64,000 bases of DNA from Elusimicrobiota bacterium. Its GTDB lineage: Bacteria > Elusimicrobiota > Elusimicrobia > UBA1565. The stretch spans positions 4,985-68,984 of the forward strand of contig JACRDO010000162.1 of the NCBI GenBank assembly GCA_016212885.1. The letters run 5' to 3'. Under the pieces are notes generated by a model. The model was not told the DNA's origin. It was given only the letters and a program-made list of their open reading frames with translations, and searched no databases. Shown here in pieces: positions 28,604-37,444 of the stretch (positions within the stretch are counted from its first letter, which is position 1; each line of letters starts with the position of its first letter). Both the position numbers and the translations under genes were made by a program.

Positions 28604-30532
28604 TCATGCGCCGCCCGCTGCGGCCTGCGGGGACGGTTCTCCGAGAATGAACCGGCCCGAGGAGAACAGGACGTCCCCGTCGGCGAACTCATAGAAGAGC
28701 TTCTCCTCGCCCCCGGTCCGCTTCACAACCACACGCAGCGAGAACTCGCGTCCGGGCAGGAGCAGTTCCCTGAACTTCACCGCCTCCATCTCTTTGAGGG
28801 CCGGGACCCGGCCCAGAAGCTCGGAGGCCGCCATCCACGCCCATTTCGTCTGGACCACGCCGGGCACGACCGGAAATTCCGGGAAATGCCCATCCAGATA
28901 TCCCAGATCGGGAGGGACGCGCAGGCGCAGCGTGATCTTATCCGATGTCCGGACGCGTTCCAGGCGCTCCGGCTGCGTCACCGCCGGGTCGTAGGGTGGA
29001 TGAAAGAGCCGCTTGAGCGCCGGCGCGGTCGTCTTGCCTTGGGCATCCATCGGGAACGCGTCCACATAGCGGAAGTGTCTCGGCAGCGTAACGGGCTCGA
29101 AATGTCGCCGCAGATGCTCCCGGAGGGTTCGGCTGATCGAACCTAAGCCGTTTGGAAAGTTCGATGCGCCGTTCGGAAGTTCGGGACGCCCCGGCTTCAG
29201 GAGCTGCCGCTGAGCGGACGCCTTCAGCACCACGACCGCTCCCACGAAATCGCGCGCGGGCCGCCCGGCGCCCTGAAGGATGACCAACCTCGCATGGGCC
29301 ACCCAGGGATGGGCCTGGAGCCGGCGTTCCATCTCATCGAGCGAAAACCTCTCCTCGGCGATCTTGGCGATCCGGTCCACGCGGCCGAAGACCCGGAACC
29401 GCCCGTCCTCCAGGACCGCGCCGCGATCCCCCATCATCTGGGCGGGGGAGTCCTTGCCGGCCTCGGCGAACGGCGAGCGCACTTGCAGCTGGTCCGGGCC
29501 GGCGCCGGCCCCCGCGATGGAGACGCTCACCCCTTCGAGAGGCCTCCAGTCGGCGCCGGCCCCCTCGCCGCATTGCCGGCGCCAGCCTACGCCGCCGGTT
29601 TCGGTGGAACCGAACACCTCGATAGGCGCGCAGCCCGTCCGCGCCAAGACGGCTTCGGACGAGGAGAGCTTCAGGAGACATCCGGAGGAGAAGATCGCGC
29701 GGCACCCCAGGCCCCCGGGCGGCACATCCGACGCCTGGTCGATACGGTCCAGATGGACCGGCGAGCTGATGATGCATCCGGCCGCTTGTCGGCGCATCGC
29801 GGCGAAGATCTCCTCCCAGAAGAAGAACGTTTGGGCATGGAAAGGCCGCCCCGCGCATAGGGGCCAGAGCAGCCGGAACAGCATGCCGTAGATGTGCTGA
29901 TGGGAAACGGTGGCGAACACCGAACACGCCCCCAGGCGCTCTCCGAAAGTCCGCTCCAAGACGGCCACTTCCTCTTCGAGCTGCGCCACGGCCTTGACGA
30001 CCCGCTTGCTCTCCCCGGTCGAACCGGACGTGAACAACTCGACGCACTTCCTGGACGGGTCCAGCCGCCGCCAGTGGAAGGAGCCCGTCCCTCCGGCCGC
30101 GGGCTTAAGCCACCGCTGTCCGGTGGCCCGGGGCGCGATGTCGCCGATCCCGCCCTCCAGAGTCCCCAGGCACTCCGCGATGCTGCCGGGCCGGAGGTTG
30201 GGAGGCAGGACAGCAACGTTGTCAGTCTGCCACAGAGCGCACAGCCCCACCGCGAAAGAATAGCTCGATCCGCAGGCCAGCAGCCATCGGCCGTTCCGTT
30301 CTCCCCCGAGGCGGATGCACATGTCCGCGACCGCGCCGCGGAAACCGCGCCAATCCACCGGCCGGTCATGGTCGAAGGCGACCAAACCGTCCGGGGGGCG
30401 CTCCTGAGTCAGAAGATCCGACAGACGCGAGAAGCGCAGTCGTTGAGTCATGCGCGCAATCCCGGCCCGGGGCGCATCGGCGGCGGCCTCCGGAAAGTCT
30501 GGAACGTCTCCGGCCTCAGGGAACCCGGGCAT
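28604..30532 (-). CDS. AMP-dependent acyl ligase fused to hotdog dehydratase (ApeH+ApeI-like)
   Basis: FTSGSTGESK, HQHIYG, EVFGSTETGG, GRVDRIAK; C-terminal DGHFP.FPVVPGVVQ. Start may be 30451. Confidence 0.9.
   Translation of the reverse strand: MPGFPEAGDVPDFPEAAADAPRAGIARMTQRLRFSRLSDLLTQERPPDGLVAFDHDRPVDWRGFRGAVADMCIRLGGERNGRWLLACGSSYSFAVGLCALWQTDNVAVLPPNLRPGSIAECLGTLEGGIGDIAPRATGQRWLKPAAGGTGSFHWRRLDPSRKCVELFTSGSTGESKRVVKAVAQLEEEVAVLERTFGERLGACSVFATVSHQHIYGMLFRLLWPLCAGRPFHAQTFFFWEEIFAAMRRQAAGCIISSPVHLDRIDQASDVPPGGLGCRAIFSSGCLLKLSSSEAVLARTGCAPIEVFGSTETGGVGWRRQCGEGAGADWRPLEGVSVSIAGAGAGPDQLQVRSPFAEAGKDSPAQMMGDRGAVLEDGRFRVFGRVDRIAKIAEERFSLDEMERRLQAHPWVAHARLVILQGAGRPARDFVGAVVVLKASAQRQLLKPGRPELPNGASNFPNGLGSISRTLREHLRRHFEPVTLPRHFRYVDAFPMDAQGKTTAPALKRLFHPPYDPAVTQPERLERVRTSDKITLRLRVPPDLGYLDGHFPEFPVVPGVVQTKWAWMAASELLGRVPALKEMEAVKFRELLLPGREFSLRVVVKRTGGEEKLFYEFADGDVLFSSGRFILGEPSPQAAAGGA
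29126..29188. repeat. Palindromic repeat inserted in frame in the AMP-ligase gene; homologous to 59404-59461
   Basis: Minus-strand 29182->29136 matches plus-strand 59404-59450 at 39/47 nt (hand count); contains ATCGAAC-N16-GTTCGAT. Confidence 0.75.
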
Positions 30533-30543
30533 TACCCCGCCTT

Positions 30544-30786
30544 CTAAGTCCTCTTGAAGATGACTTCAACGACGTCCTGGACAGTCCGGATGGACCGCAG
30601 CTCGGATTCCACCAGCTTGATCCCGGTCTCGGTCTCCAGCTTGACCGCCAAGTCGATGGCATCGATGCTGTCGAGATCCAGATCCTCGAATAGTTTGGCG
30701 TCGGGCTTGACGGCTTCCCTGTCGATTCCAAACTCCTTTACGAACACGTCGGTGATCTTTTGAGTTATCTGTTCTTTGGTGCCCAT
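30544..30786 (-). CDS. Acyl carrier protein (ApeF-like)
   Basis: LFEDLDLDSIDAIDL Ppant motif. Confidence 0.95.
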   Translation of the reverse strand: MGTKEQITQKITDVFVKEFGIDREAVKPDAKLFEDLDLDSIDAIDLAVKLETETGIKLVESELRSIRTVQDVVEVIFKRT

Positions 30787-30795
30787 GCCCTTGCT

Positions 30796-31095
30796 CTACC
30801 CACCCAGCGGAGGCTTCGGCGTGTCGCGGCGGTTCTCAGCGACGAACACGGCCAGGTTCCGCACGCTTGCGAAATGGTGTATGTTCATCGAGACGTCGCC
30901 GTCCATCTGGATCCGGTATTTCTTCCCGATCACGATCGCCAGTTCCAGAGCGTCGATGGAATCGAGGCCGAGCCCCTCCACGAACAGAGGCTGCGTGCTG
31001 TCTATGTCTTTGGGCTGGATGTCCGGAAGTTCCAGCGCCTCGATCAGCAGTCCTTTGAGTTCCGACTCAAGGGCGGAAAGGTCATGATCCTGCAT
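30796..31095 (-). CDS. Acyl carrier protein (ApeE-like)
   Basis: PLFVEGLGLDSIDALEL motif; HFASV..LA. Confidence 0.95.
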   Translation of the reverse strand: MQDHDLSALESELKGLLIEALELPDIQPKDIDSTQPLFVEGLGLDSIDALELAIVIGKKYRIQMDGDVSMNIHHFASVRNLAVFVAENRRDTPKPPLGG

Positions 31096-31249
31096 GGCTC
31101 AGCCGGCCGTGTTCCGAATCATATTGCGTTCCTCCGCGAAACCTCTTAACTTTCCACGTTTGATTTTACCTTAATTCCAGCTATTTTTGCATTCCATGCG
31201 GCCAACCGGATTTGACCCGCCGATGGCGTGTTGTCTAATATTGATCTCG

Positions 31250-31939
31250 ATGCGATATTCAACCGCAGGTTTTCCATTTAGCCGCCGGCTCGGGCGCTGC
31301 TGCCTCATCGGCTTCCTGCTGTCCGGCGGCGGCTGCCTTCCGGTCATGAAGGACTATGCGGGGCACCGGGTATTCAACCCAATGTACCTCTTCTATCTGG
31401 AGTGGGGATTGCGCGATAAGTGGCAAAAGCCCGACGAGGTGATCACCGCCCTGGAGCTGCCGCCCTCGGCCGTGGTGGCAGACATCGGGGCCGGCGGCGG
31501 CTACTTCACCGAGAAGTTCTCCGCCGCGGTGGGGCCCTCCGGGCGCGTCTACGCTACGGACGTGCAGGAGGTCATGATCAAGCGGCTCGGCAAGCGGGTG
31601 GGGCGGCGCGGCCTCGGGAACGTCTCGGTGGTCCGCGGAGGGTTCCACGACACGATGCTTCCCGAGTCCTGCTGCGACCTGGCGTTCTTTTCAAGCGTCT
31701 ACAAGGAAATCGACGCCCGGATCAGCTACATGAGGAATGTCCGCAGGATCCTCAAGCCCGGCGGTCGGGTGGCGATCCTCGAATACCGCCGGGACGTCGA
31801 CGCGCCGGGCCCGGAGCCGGGATCGCGCCTGGCGCAGGAGCAGGTGATCGACGAGATGCAGTCGGCGGGCTTCGTGCTCCTCAAGAGCCTCGATTTCCTG
31901 CCGCGGGAGTACTTCCTGGTCTTCGGCGCGGCCCCTTGA
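31250..31939 (+). CDS. Class I SAM-dependent methyltransferase
   Basis: RDKWQKPDEV, VADIGAGGGYF, LKPGGRVAILEY. Start uncertain. Confidence 0.88.
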   Translation: MRYSTAGFPFSRRLGRCCLIGFLLSGGGCLPVMKDYAGHRVFNPMYLFYLEWGLRDKWQKPDEVITALELPPSAVVADIGAGGGYFTEKFSAAVGPSGRVYATDVQEVMIKRLGKRVGRRGLGNVSVVRGGFHDTMLPESCCDLAFFSSVYKEIDARISYMRNVRRILKPGGRVAILEYRRDVDAPGPEPGSRLAQEQVIDEMQSAGFVLLKSLDFLPREYFLVFGAAP

Positions 31940-32029
31940 CGCCGACGACGAGGTCTGCGCGCGCTGCAGGGCCGTCTTGGAGAGCGTGCCTCTCCGGCAT
32001 TGCCGGCGCCGCGGGATCGAAGGCCGCCT

Positions 32030-32962
32030 TCAAGGGCCTTGCTTGGGCGGCGCTTCGCCAGAGGCCGGGGCAGGCTGTTCGCCTAAATGGGCCGCCTTGA
32101 CCCGGCCGACGATGTGGGCCGGTATCACGACTCCGGCGGAAACCGCGTAGCTTACCCAGGTCGGCACGACCATGAACAGGGAAGGCCACCTCAGCGACTC
32201 GCCGGCCGCGTAAGTGCAATAGGCGGGGTAAAGGATCTTGTAGCCGCTCTTCTCATCCTCGATTTCCCTCTTGTCTCGGTAGTACCCGAAAACATCGCCT
32301 GAGGCTTGGGCTTCCACGTAGAGGGGGAGCAGGGGCAGCCCGCCGAGAAAGGCATAGGTGCCCTTGTGCTTTCTTGGGGCGAAGTCCTTGGCATGACCGG
32401 CCTCATGCAAAGCGATGGCCGGGTGGTCGGAATAGACATGCAGGGTGTTCGTGTAAGGATTGTAATGGTCGCCGGCGCTCATGGGCAGGAGGCTGCCGAA
32501 AACTCTTCCGGGGAAGGCTGAGTACATGGCGACGCTCAGGATTCCCAGAGTGTAGCGCCAGCCGGCGCCCACGGTTCTATTGCGGAAGAGACGGCGCCAT
32601 TCCGAGCCCGGGGCGTATTGGTTCAAGCGGACCTTCACGTTGCGCAGGTCATTATCCTCCAAGTAATGTTTGAGCTTCTCCTCCGTCTCCGGGGAGATGT
32701 TATGGTTCTCGATCTTCCAGTTCCAGAGAACCAGTTTGGATGGGAGGGATGAAACGTAATGCCCGAGGCCGTCCAGAAGCCATTGCGGCCTGCCCCTTTC
32801 CACTTGAGGTTCCCCCGGCTCCAAGGCCGAGCCCGGAGATTCGAGGTTGCGCCCGTAGTGGTAGGGCGCCGTGGCGCAGCCGCACGCAAGCAAACCGCCC
32901 AGGGCCAGAGGGAAAAGCAGGCGAATGAATCCCCGCGAGGCCGGTTTCATGCGCTGATTCAC
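32030..32962 (-). CDS. Lipoprotein with HExxH motif (putative metallopeptidase-like)
   Basis: LLAC lipobox; DHYNPYTNT, ALHEAGHAKD. Confidence 0.65.
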   Translation of the reverse strand: MNQRMKPASRGFIRLLFPLALGGLLACGCATAPYHYGRNLESPGSALEPGEPQVERGRPQWLLDGLGHYVSSLPSKLVLWNWKIENHNISPETEEKLKHYLEDNDLRNVKVRLNQYAPGSEWRRLFRNRTVGAGWRYTLGILSVAMYSAFPGRVFGSLLPMSAGDHYNPYTNTLHVYSDHPAIALHEAGHAKDFAPRKHKGTYAFLGGLPLLPLYVEAQASGDVFGYYRDKREIEDEKSGYKILYPAYCTYAAGESLRWPSLFMVVPTWVSYAVSAGVVIPAHIVGRVKAAHLGEQPAPASGEAPPKQGP

Positions 32963-33042
32963 CTCGGCTCCAGCGAAATCCAGGCCGAAAAGCGCATCAT
33001 GAGATTATATATTATTGTAAAAATTATAGAATAACCGCCGGC

Positions 33043-33663
33043 TTGACCCGCTTCCTGGCCGAAGGATTCTCCCTGGGCCTCTCGACTGGGCCGTACTGCC
33101 TGAGCGCGTGCGCGCCCCTGCTCGTCCCCTTCATGCTGGCGGACGGACGGGGCACTTGGAGAGGAAATGCCCTGCTCCTGGCAGAGTTCATCGCCGGCCG
33201 CCTGGCGGCCTACCTGCTTTTCGGGCTCGCTGCCGGAGCCATAGGCTCGGCATTCGCGGGCCGCCTGCCTCCCCGCCTCTTGTACGCGGCGATGGCCTTC
33301 TCCGGGCTCCTGATGCTGGCAATCATGGCGCTGAAGACCGCCCCCCAGCTCTCGCTCTGCGCATGGGCCCTGCGCTCGCGGGGCCTCAAGCGCCTCCCCT
33401 TCGCCTTGGGTTTTGTCGTGGGCGTCAACGTGTGTCCGCCTTTCGTGGCTGGCTTGGCGCAGGCCCTGCGGCTCGCGTCCCCCTCAGCTGGGGCCTCGTA
33501 CTTCCTGGCCTTCTTCATCGGCACGACCCTGTACATGCTGCCGCTGTTCGCGATCGTCCCGCTCGCCTTCATGAAGCGCCTGCAGGACATCGGAGCCATC
33601 GCCTGCGGGCTGACGGGCTTGTGGTTCACCGGCTTGGGTCTGCATGGGCTATTCAAGGGTTAA
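33043..33663 (+). CDS. Sulfite exporter TauE/DsbD_2-like membrane protein
   Basis: CLSACAP, GRL.AY, NVCPPF, FFIGT; about 6 TM segments. Confidence 0.75.
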   Translation: MTRFLAEGFSLGLSTGPYCLSACAPLLVPFMLADGRGTWRGNALLLAEFIAGRLAAYLLFGLAAGAIGSAFAGRLPPRLLYAAMAFSGLLMLAIMALKTAPQLSLCAWALRSRGLKRLPFALGFVVGVNVCPPFVAGLAQALRLASPSAGASYFLAFFIGTTLYMLPLFAIVPLAFMKRLQDIGAIACGLTGLWFTGLGLHGLFKG

Positions 33664-33725
33664 AATAAAATCGGGCCCTCAGCCGTTATATCCAGCAGGG
33701 GCTCTCGAACGCCGGGTGGGCTAGA

Positions 33726-34289
33726 GTGGACAGCGAAGAAGAACTCTGCCGAAGACTGAAAGCCGGGGACCCCCAAGCGTTCAAAGAGCTGGTGCGGGAA
33801 TATGAAACGCCGATCTACAGCTTCCTCTGCCATCGCCTGCGGGAGAGGGCCGCGGCCGAGGACGCATTCGCGGAGGTCTTCGTGAGGGTCTGGCGCGGCA
33901 TCGGGAGCTACCGTCCGCAGGGCCGGCTCAAGGCCTGGCTCTTCACCATCGCCCATAGGCTTTCGCTCGACCTGGCGGAGAAGGCCAGCCGGCGCGAGCA
34001 GTCCCTGGACGCGGAGGACGCGCAAGGGCGGCCGCTCTCGGAAACCGTGGCCGGCCCCGAGCCCGGGCCGGAGCGCGAGGCCATTGGGCAGGAGACCCGC
34101 GTGCGCATAGAGGCCGCGCTCGCCTCCCTGCCCGAAGAGCAGCGGCAGGTCTTCCTTCTGCGCGAGTACGGCGATCTGAGCTTCGCAGAGATCGCGCTCG
34201 CCATGGACTGCCCGCTTTCGACCGCGCTCTCGCGCATGCGCTACGCGGTCCGCAGGCTGCGGGGAGAACTGGAGGGCCTCGATGCATAG
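33726..34289 (+). CDS. ECF sigma-70 factor
   Basis: AFKELV..Y, AEDA..EVF..VW, KAWLFTIA, LPEEQRQVFLL...LSFAEIA...STALSR. Confidence 0.93.
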   Translation: MDSEEELCRRLKAGDPQAFKELVREYETPIYSFLCHRLRERAAAEDAFAEVFVRVWRGIGSYRPQGRLKAWLFTIAHRLSLDLAEKASRREQSLDAEDAQGRPLSETVAGPEPGPEREAIGQETRVRIEAALASLPEEQRQVFLLREYGDLSFAEIALAMDCPLSTALSRMRYAVRRLRGELEGLDA

Positions 34290-34776
34290 CGACGAGCACG
34301 ATGACCGCTGCCTCCTCTATCATTCCGGGGAGCTGGCCCCTGAAGACCGGGCCGCGTTCGAGGCTGAGCTGGCCGCCTGCGAAGGCTGCCGGGAGTTCCT
34401 GGCTTCCCTGCGCAAGGCTTCCCGGCTGGCGGCCGAGGCCGCGGTGGAGCCGCCTCATGGCCTGGCGGAGCGGACATCGGAAAGGGTCCTGGCCGAGCGC
34501 GGGATGGAGAGCCCCCCGCTGTTCACTCGGCGCTCGCTGGGCTTCGCCCTGGCTTTCGCGGCCCTGGCGATCGCGGTCTACGTCTTCGGCCCCCGTCGTG
34601 CAGGAGAGCAGTCCCTCAATTGGACCAACGGGATCGAGCGGGACCTAGCCCGGACGGAGAGGAAGCTGCAGGCGCTTTCGCGGGACATCGCGGTCGGGAC
34701 GGACCCGGCGGAGATCGACTCGGATTTGCGCGGGCTCGAGGAATCGGCAAGGAAGCTGGAAAAGCAGCTGCTCTGA
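34282..34776 (+). CDS. Anti-sigma factor (zf-HC2-like N-terminus, single TM)
   Basis: GEL...R..FE..LA.CEGC (His of HxxxCxxC replaced by Glu); TM segment; overlaps the sigma stop. Confidence 0.75.
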   Translation: MHSDEHDDRCLLYHSGELAPEDRAAFEAELAACEGCREFLASLRKASRLAAEAAVEPPHGLAERTSERVLAERGMESPPLFTRRSLGFALAFAALAIAVYVFGPRRAGEQSLNWTNGIERDLARTERKLQALSRDIAVGTDPAEIDSDLRGLEESARKLEKQLL

Positions 34777-34793
34777 AAGAGCGGGAGGCGGAC

Positions 34794-35390
34794 ATGGCGT
34801 CTAGGAGAGCGTGGGCGGTGCTGTGCGGAGCAATTCTAATTCCGGCGTTGGCGGCGGCCGCGTGGGCGCAGAAAGGCCCAGGGCCCGGCCGGGAGCCGGG
34901 GGGGCCTCCTCCCGGGATGGAGGACGAGCGGGACTTCCCGCCGGGGCCGCCCGAGGGCGAGGAGAAGGCCATGGAATTCGCCCGGGAAAGCTTCCCGCCC
35001 GAGATGGTCAAGGATATCGAGCGTCTGCGGCAGGAGAATCCGGACAAGTTCCGCCGCAGACTGCACGACATGGCGCCCATCTTGCGCGACCCCGAGGCGC
35101 GGGAGATGATGAAGCGCAACATGAAGGCGGAGTTCGCGGTGCGCCGGCTGGCCCAGGGCATCAAGAAGGCCCAAGGGGCGGAAAAGGATGCCCTGAAGAA
35201 GGACCTCGAGAAGGCCCTCGCCGAGGAGTTCGACGCGAAGCTGGCAGGCCACGAGCTGAAGCTGAAGAAGATGCAGGAGGAGATATCGAACCTCAAAGCC
35301 CGCATCGAGAAGCGCAAGGGGCTCAAGGACAAGATCGTCCAGAAGCGCCTGGGCGAGATGACGGGGGAAGTCGAGACCTGGGATTGGTGA
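34794..35390 (+). CDS. Exported coiled-coil protein (Spy/CpxP-like accessory)
   Basis: Signal peptide ending AWA, Gly/Pro-rich linker, charged helical body; third gene of the ECF operon. Confidence 0.6.
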   Translation: MASRRAWAVLCGAILIPALAAAAWAQKGPGPGREPGGPPPGMEDERDFPPGPPEGEEKAMEFARESFPPEMVKDIERLRQENPDKFRRRLHDMAPILRDPEAREMMKRNMKAEFAVRRLAQGIKKAQGAEKDALKKDLEKALAEEFDAKLAGHELKLKKMQEEISNLKARIEKRKGLKDKIVQKRLGEMTGEVETWDW

Positions 35391-35401
35391 GCTCAGGGTC
35401 A

Positions 35402-35446
35402 AGCGGGGAGCGGCCTGGATAGGAAGGGGCGCTCCCCGCTGCTTTT
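35402..35446 (+). terminator. Probable intrinsic terminator
   Basis: AGCGGGGAGCG ... CGCTCCCCGCT stem followed by GCTTTT. Confidence 0.55.
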
Positions 35447-35496
35447 GACGAGGGACCCTTGACAGAGTTGCGTTTCCTGTTGATTCTTGTAGAGTC

Positions 35497-37442
35497 ATGT
35501 TGCTTGGTCATGCCCGGAGCCGGCGCATCCTATTGGGGCTTTTGATGTTTATAGGCCTGGGGGGGGCGTTTGCCTCTTGCATAGGGCTTTTGCCGGCGAT
35601 CAAGCCGGGAATTCCAAGCTTCTGGCCTTAAGTTCGTTGCTTCCGGATATCGCCGACGGCCAGGCATTGAAGGTCAAGGTCGCCGAAGCTCATCGCATCG
35701 TTCTGCAATTGGACAAAGAAACTCTGGCCGAGAAGTTGAAGCTTCCGAACGTGAATGGAGTATTCGACCCCATCAATTTGGGGCTGGCAAAGCCGGCCAA
35801 GCCAAATGAGTATGGCGGCGGCATGTCGTCTCGCCTGGAATTCATCGAGAAGAATCTGGCGAAGAGCCTTCATGACCTCGCCAAGCTGCCCTCGGCTTGC
35901 GACGCTGCGCATCAGGCCCAATGGAAGGCCGCTTCGGCAAGCCTTCAGCTTCTGCTCAAGACCATCACCCAGGCGAAGCAGGCGCGGGTGCAGGCGACTT
36001 GGACAGCCAAAGAATCGGACAAGCTGATACAAGCCGCCCTGGCGCGCTTGCGGGGAGCAAACGACAAGGCGTCCGTTCGGGAATTGGAGAGCTACAACAA
36101 GAAACTGCAAGACGGCCTTGATGCGGCTGCAAAGGCTCTGGGCAAGGGACTTGCGGGGAAGAGCTTGGACAAGAAGGTCATGCCGAAGCTGGGCGGCAAG
36201 TGCGGAAGTGTTCAGGCGATAGAGCTTCCAACCCAGAAGGAAGCCGGCATGCAGCTTGCGGGCAAGGGCAGCACGAAGGCAGCCGGGTCCGCCCGTATTG
36301 CGGCGAAAAGTGATGTTGTGTTTGCATCTGCGGATACTTCGAAAAATGCTCTATCCAAGCCGGAATCGACCAAACTGGATGTAGCGACTCAAAGTGCTCG
36401 GGGTGGTGAATCTTATATTCAAAAAGGCTCAACTGTCTCGCTCGCTGTCGAGAAAGGAAGACCGAATCCTCATCAGCGCGCATTTGCGGCCTTGGCTGCG
36501 GCTATCGGAAGCCCCATGGCCCCTGCAGCGTCATGGTGCGATTTGGATGACCTGAACTACAAGATCGCAAAAGCGAGCGAGACTATCGGAAAAATAGAAA
36601 AGAATATCATCATGTTAGGAAGGGAACCCGATTGCTGGACAGATTGTTTAGATCTTATAAAGGCACAGGAGAACTTCAAGAACGGGCAGCAAAGGTACTT
36701 GAATAGCCTGCTGGCGGAAAAAAGGAAATGCGAAGGGCCCACTTGCGCGGAGAGGGGGATTGGAATCGAAGGGCCTGCTGACTTAATACTATTTAAGCCG
36801 TCCGGGAAATCGCCAACCCAATCCTTCCGAGTAACGGCGAAAGTGGGTTCCATTACGAAAGTCCAGTGGTCAACATCCAGCAACAAGGTGACCGTGCAGG
36901 GTAGAACCGACCAGACGACAGTCAAGATTCGCCCTTCTTTGGAGAGTGGTCGCGCAGGCGATGTAGCCGTTGCCGTGGACGTGGACGGGTGCTCTGCTCA
37001 GCGGAAACTGACGGTGAGACGTCCGGCAAGTTTGGAGCATGGGACTTTGAAGTATGGTAGATTTCAGAAAAAACGGTTGATATTCTTCAACATACTGTAC
37101 GGAGGAACTGATGGTAAGTTCATATGGACTTTGAAGGATCAGTTATCGAAGCCTTTGGGCGGCACCGAAGTAATCGAAAGCGTTTGGTGCGACCAAGAGG
37201 CAAGCAACGTGAATTGCCGCACAGCTGGCTTTCTCTGGCCGTTTTCTCCCTGGCCAGAGCACCAAAAGACGGATAGTGCTGGCCTATTGGGTGATACATA
37301 TGGAATCGCGCTTAGTGATCTGCCTCCAACCCATAAAGTCACACTGCACCAAAAATTGATATCCAATGGTTACAACGGAACAACTGATGTCGTAATTACA
37401 GAGTCCAGCGTCGTTGGGACAAGTCCCGTGGAGCTAAAATAG
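35497..37442 (+). CDS. Large secreted hypothetical protein, frameshifted at a G8 tract (35559-35566)
   Basis: The 621-aa frame has only a TTG start. Adding one G joins the ATG at 35497 and gives the signal peptide MLLGHARSRRILLGLLMFIGLGGGVCLLHRAFA. Confidence 0.6.
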
Positions 37443-37444
37443 TC

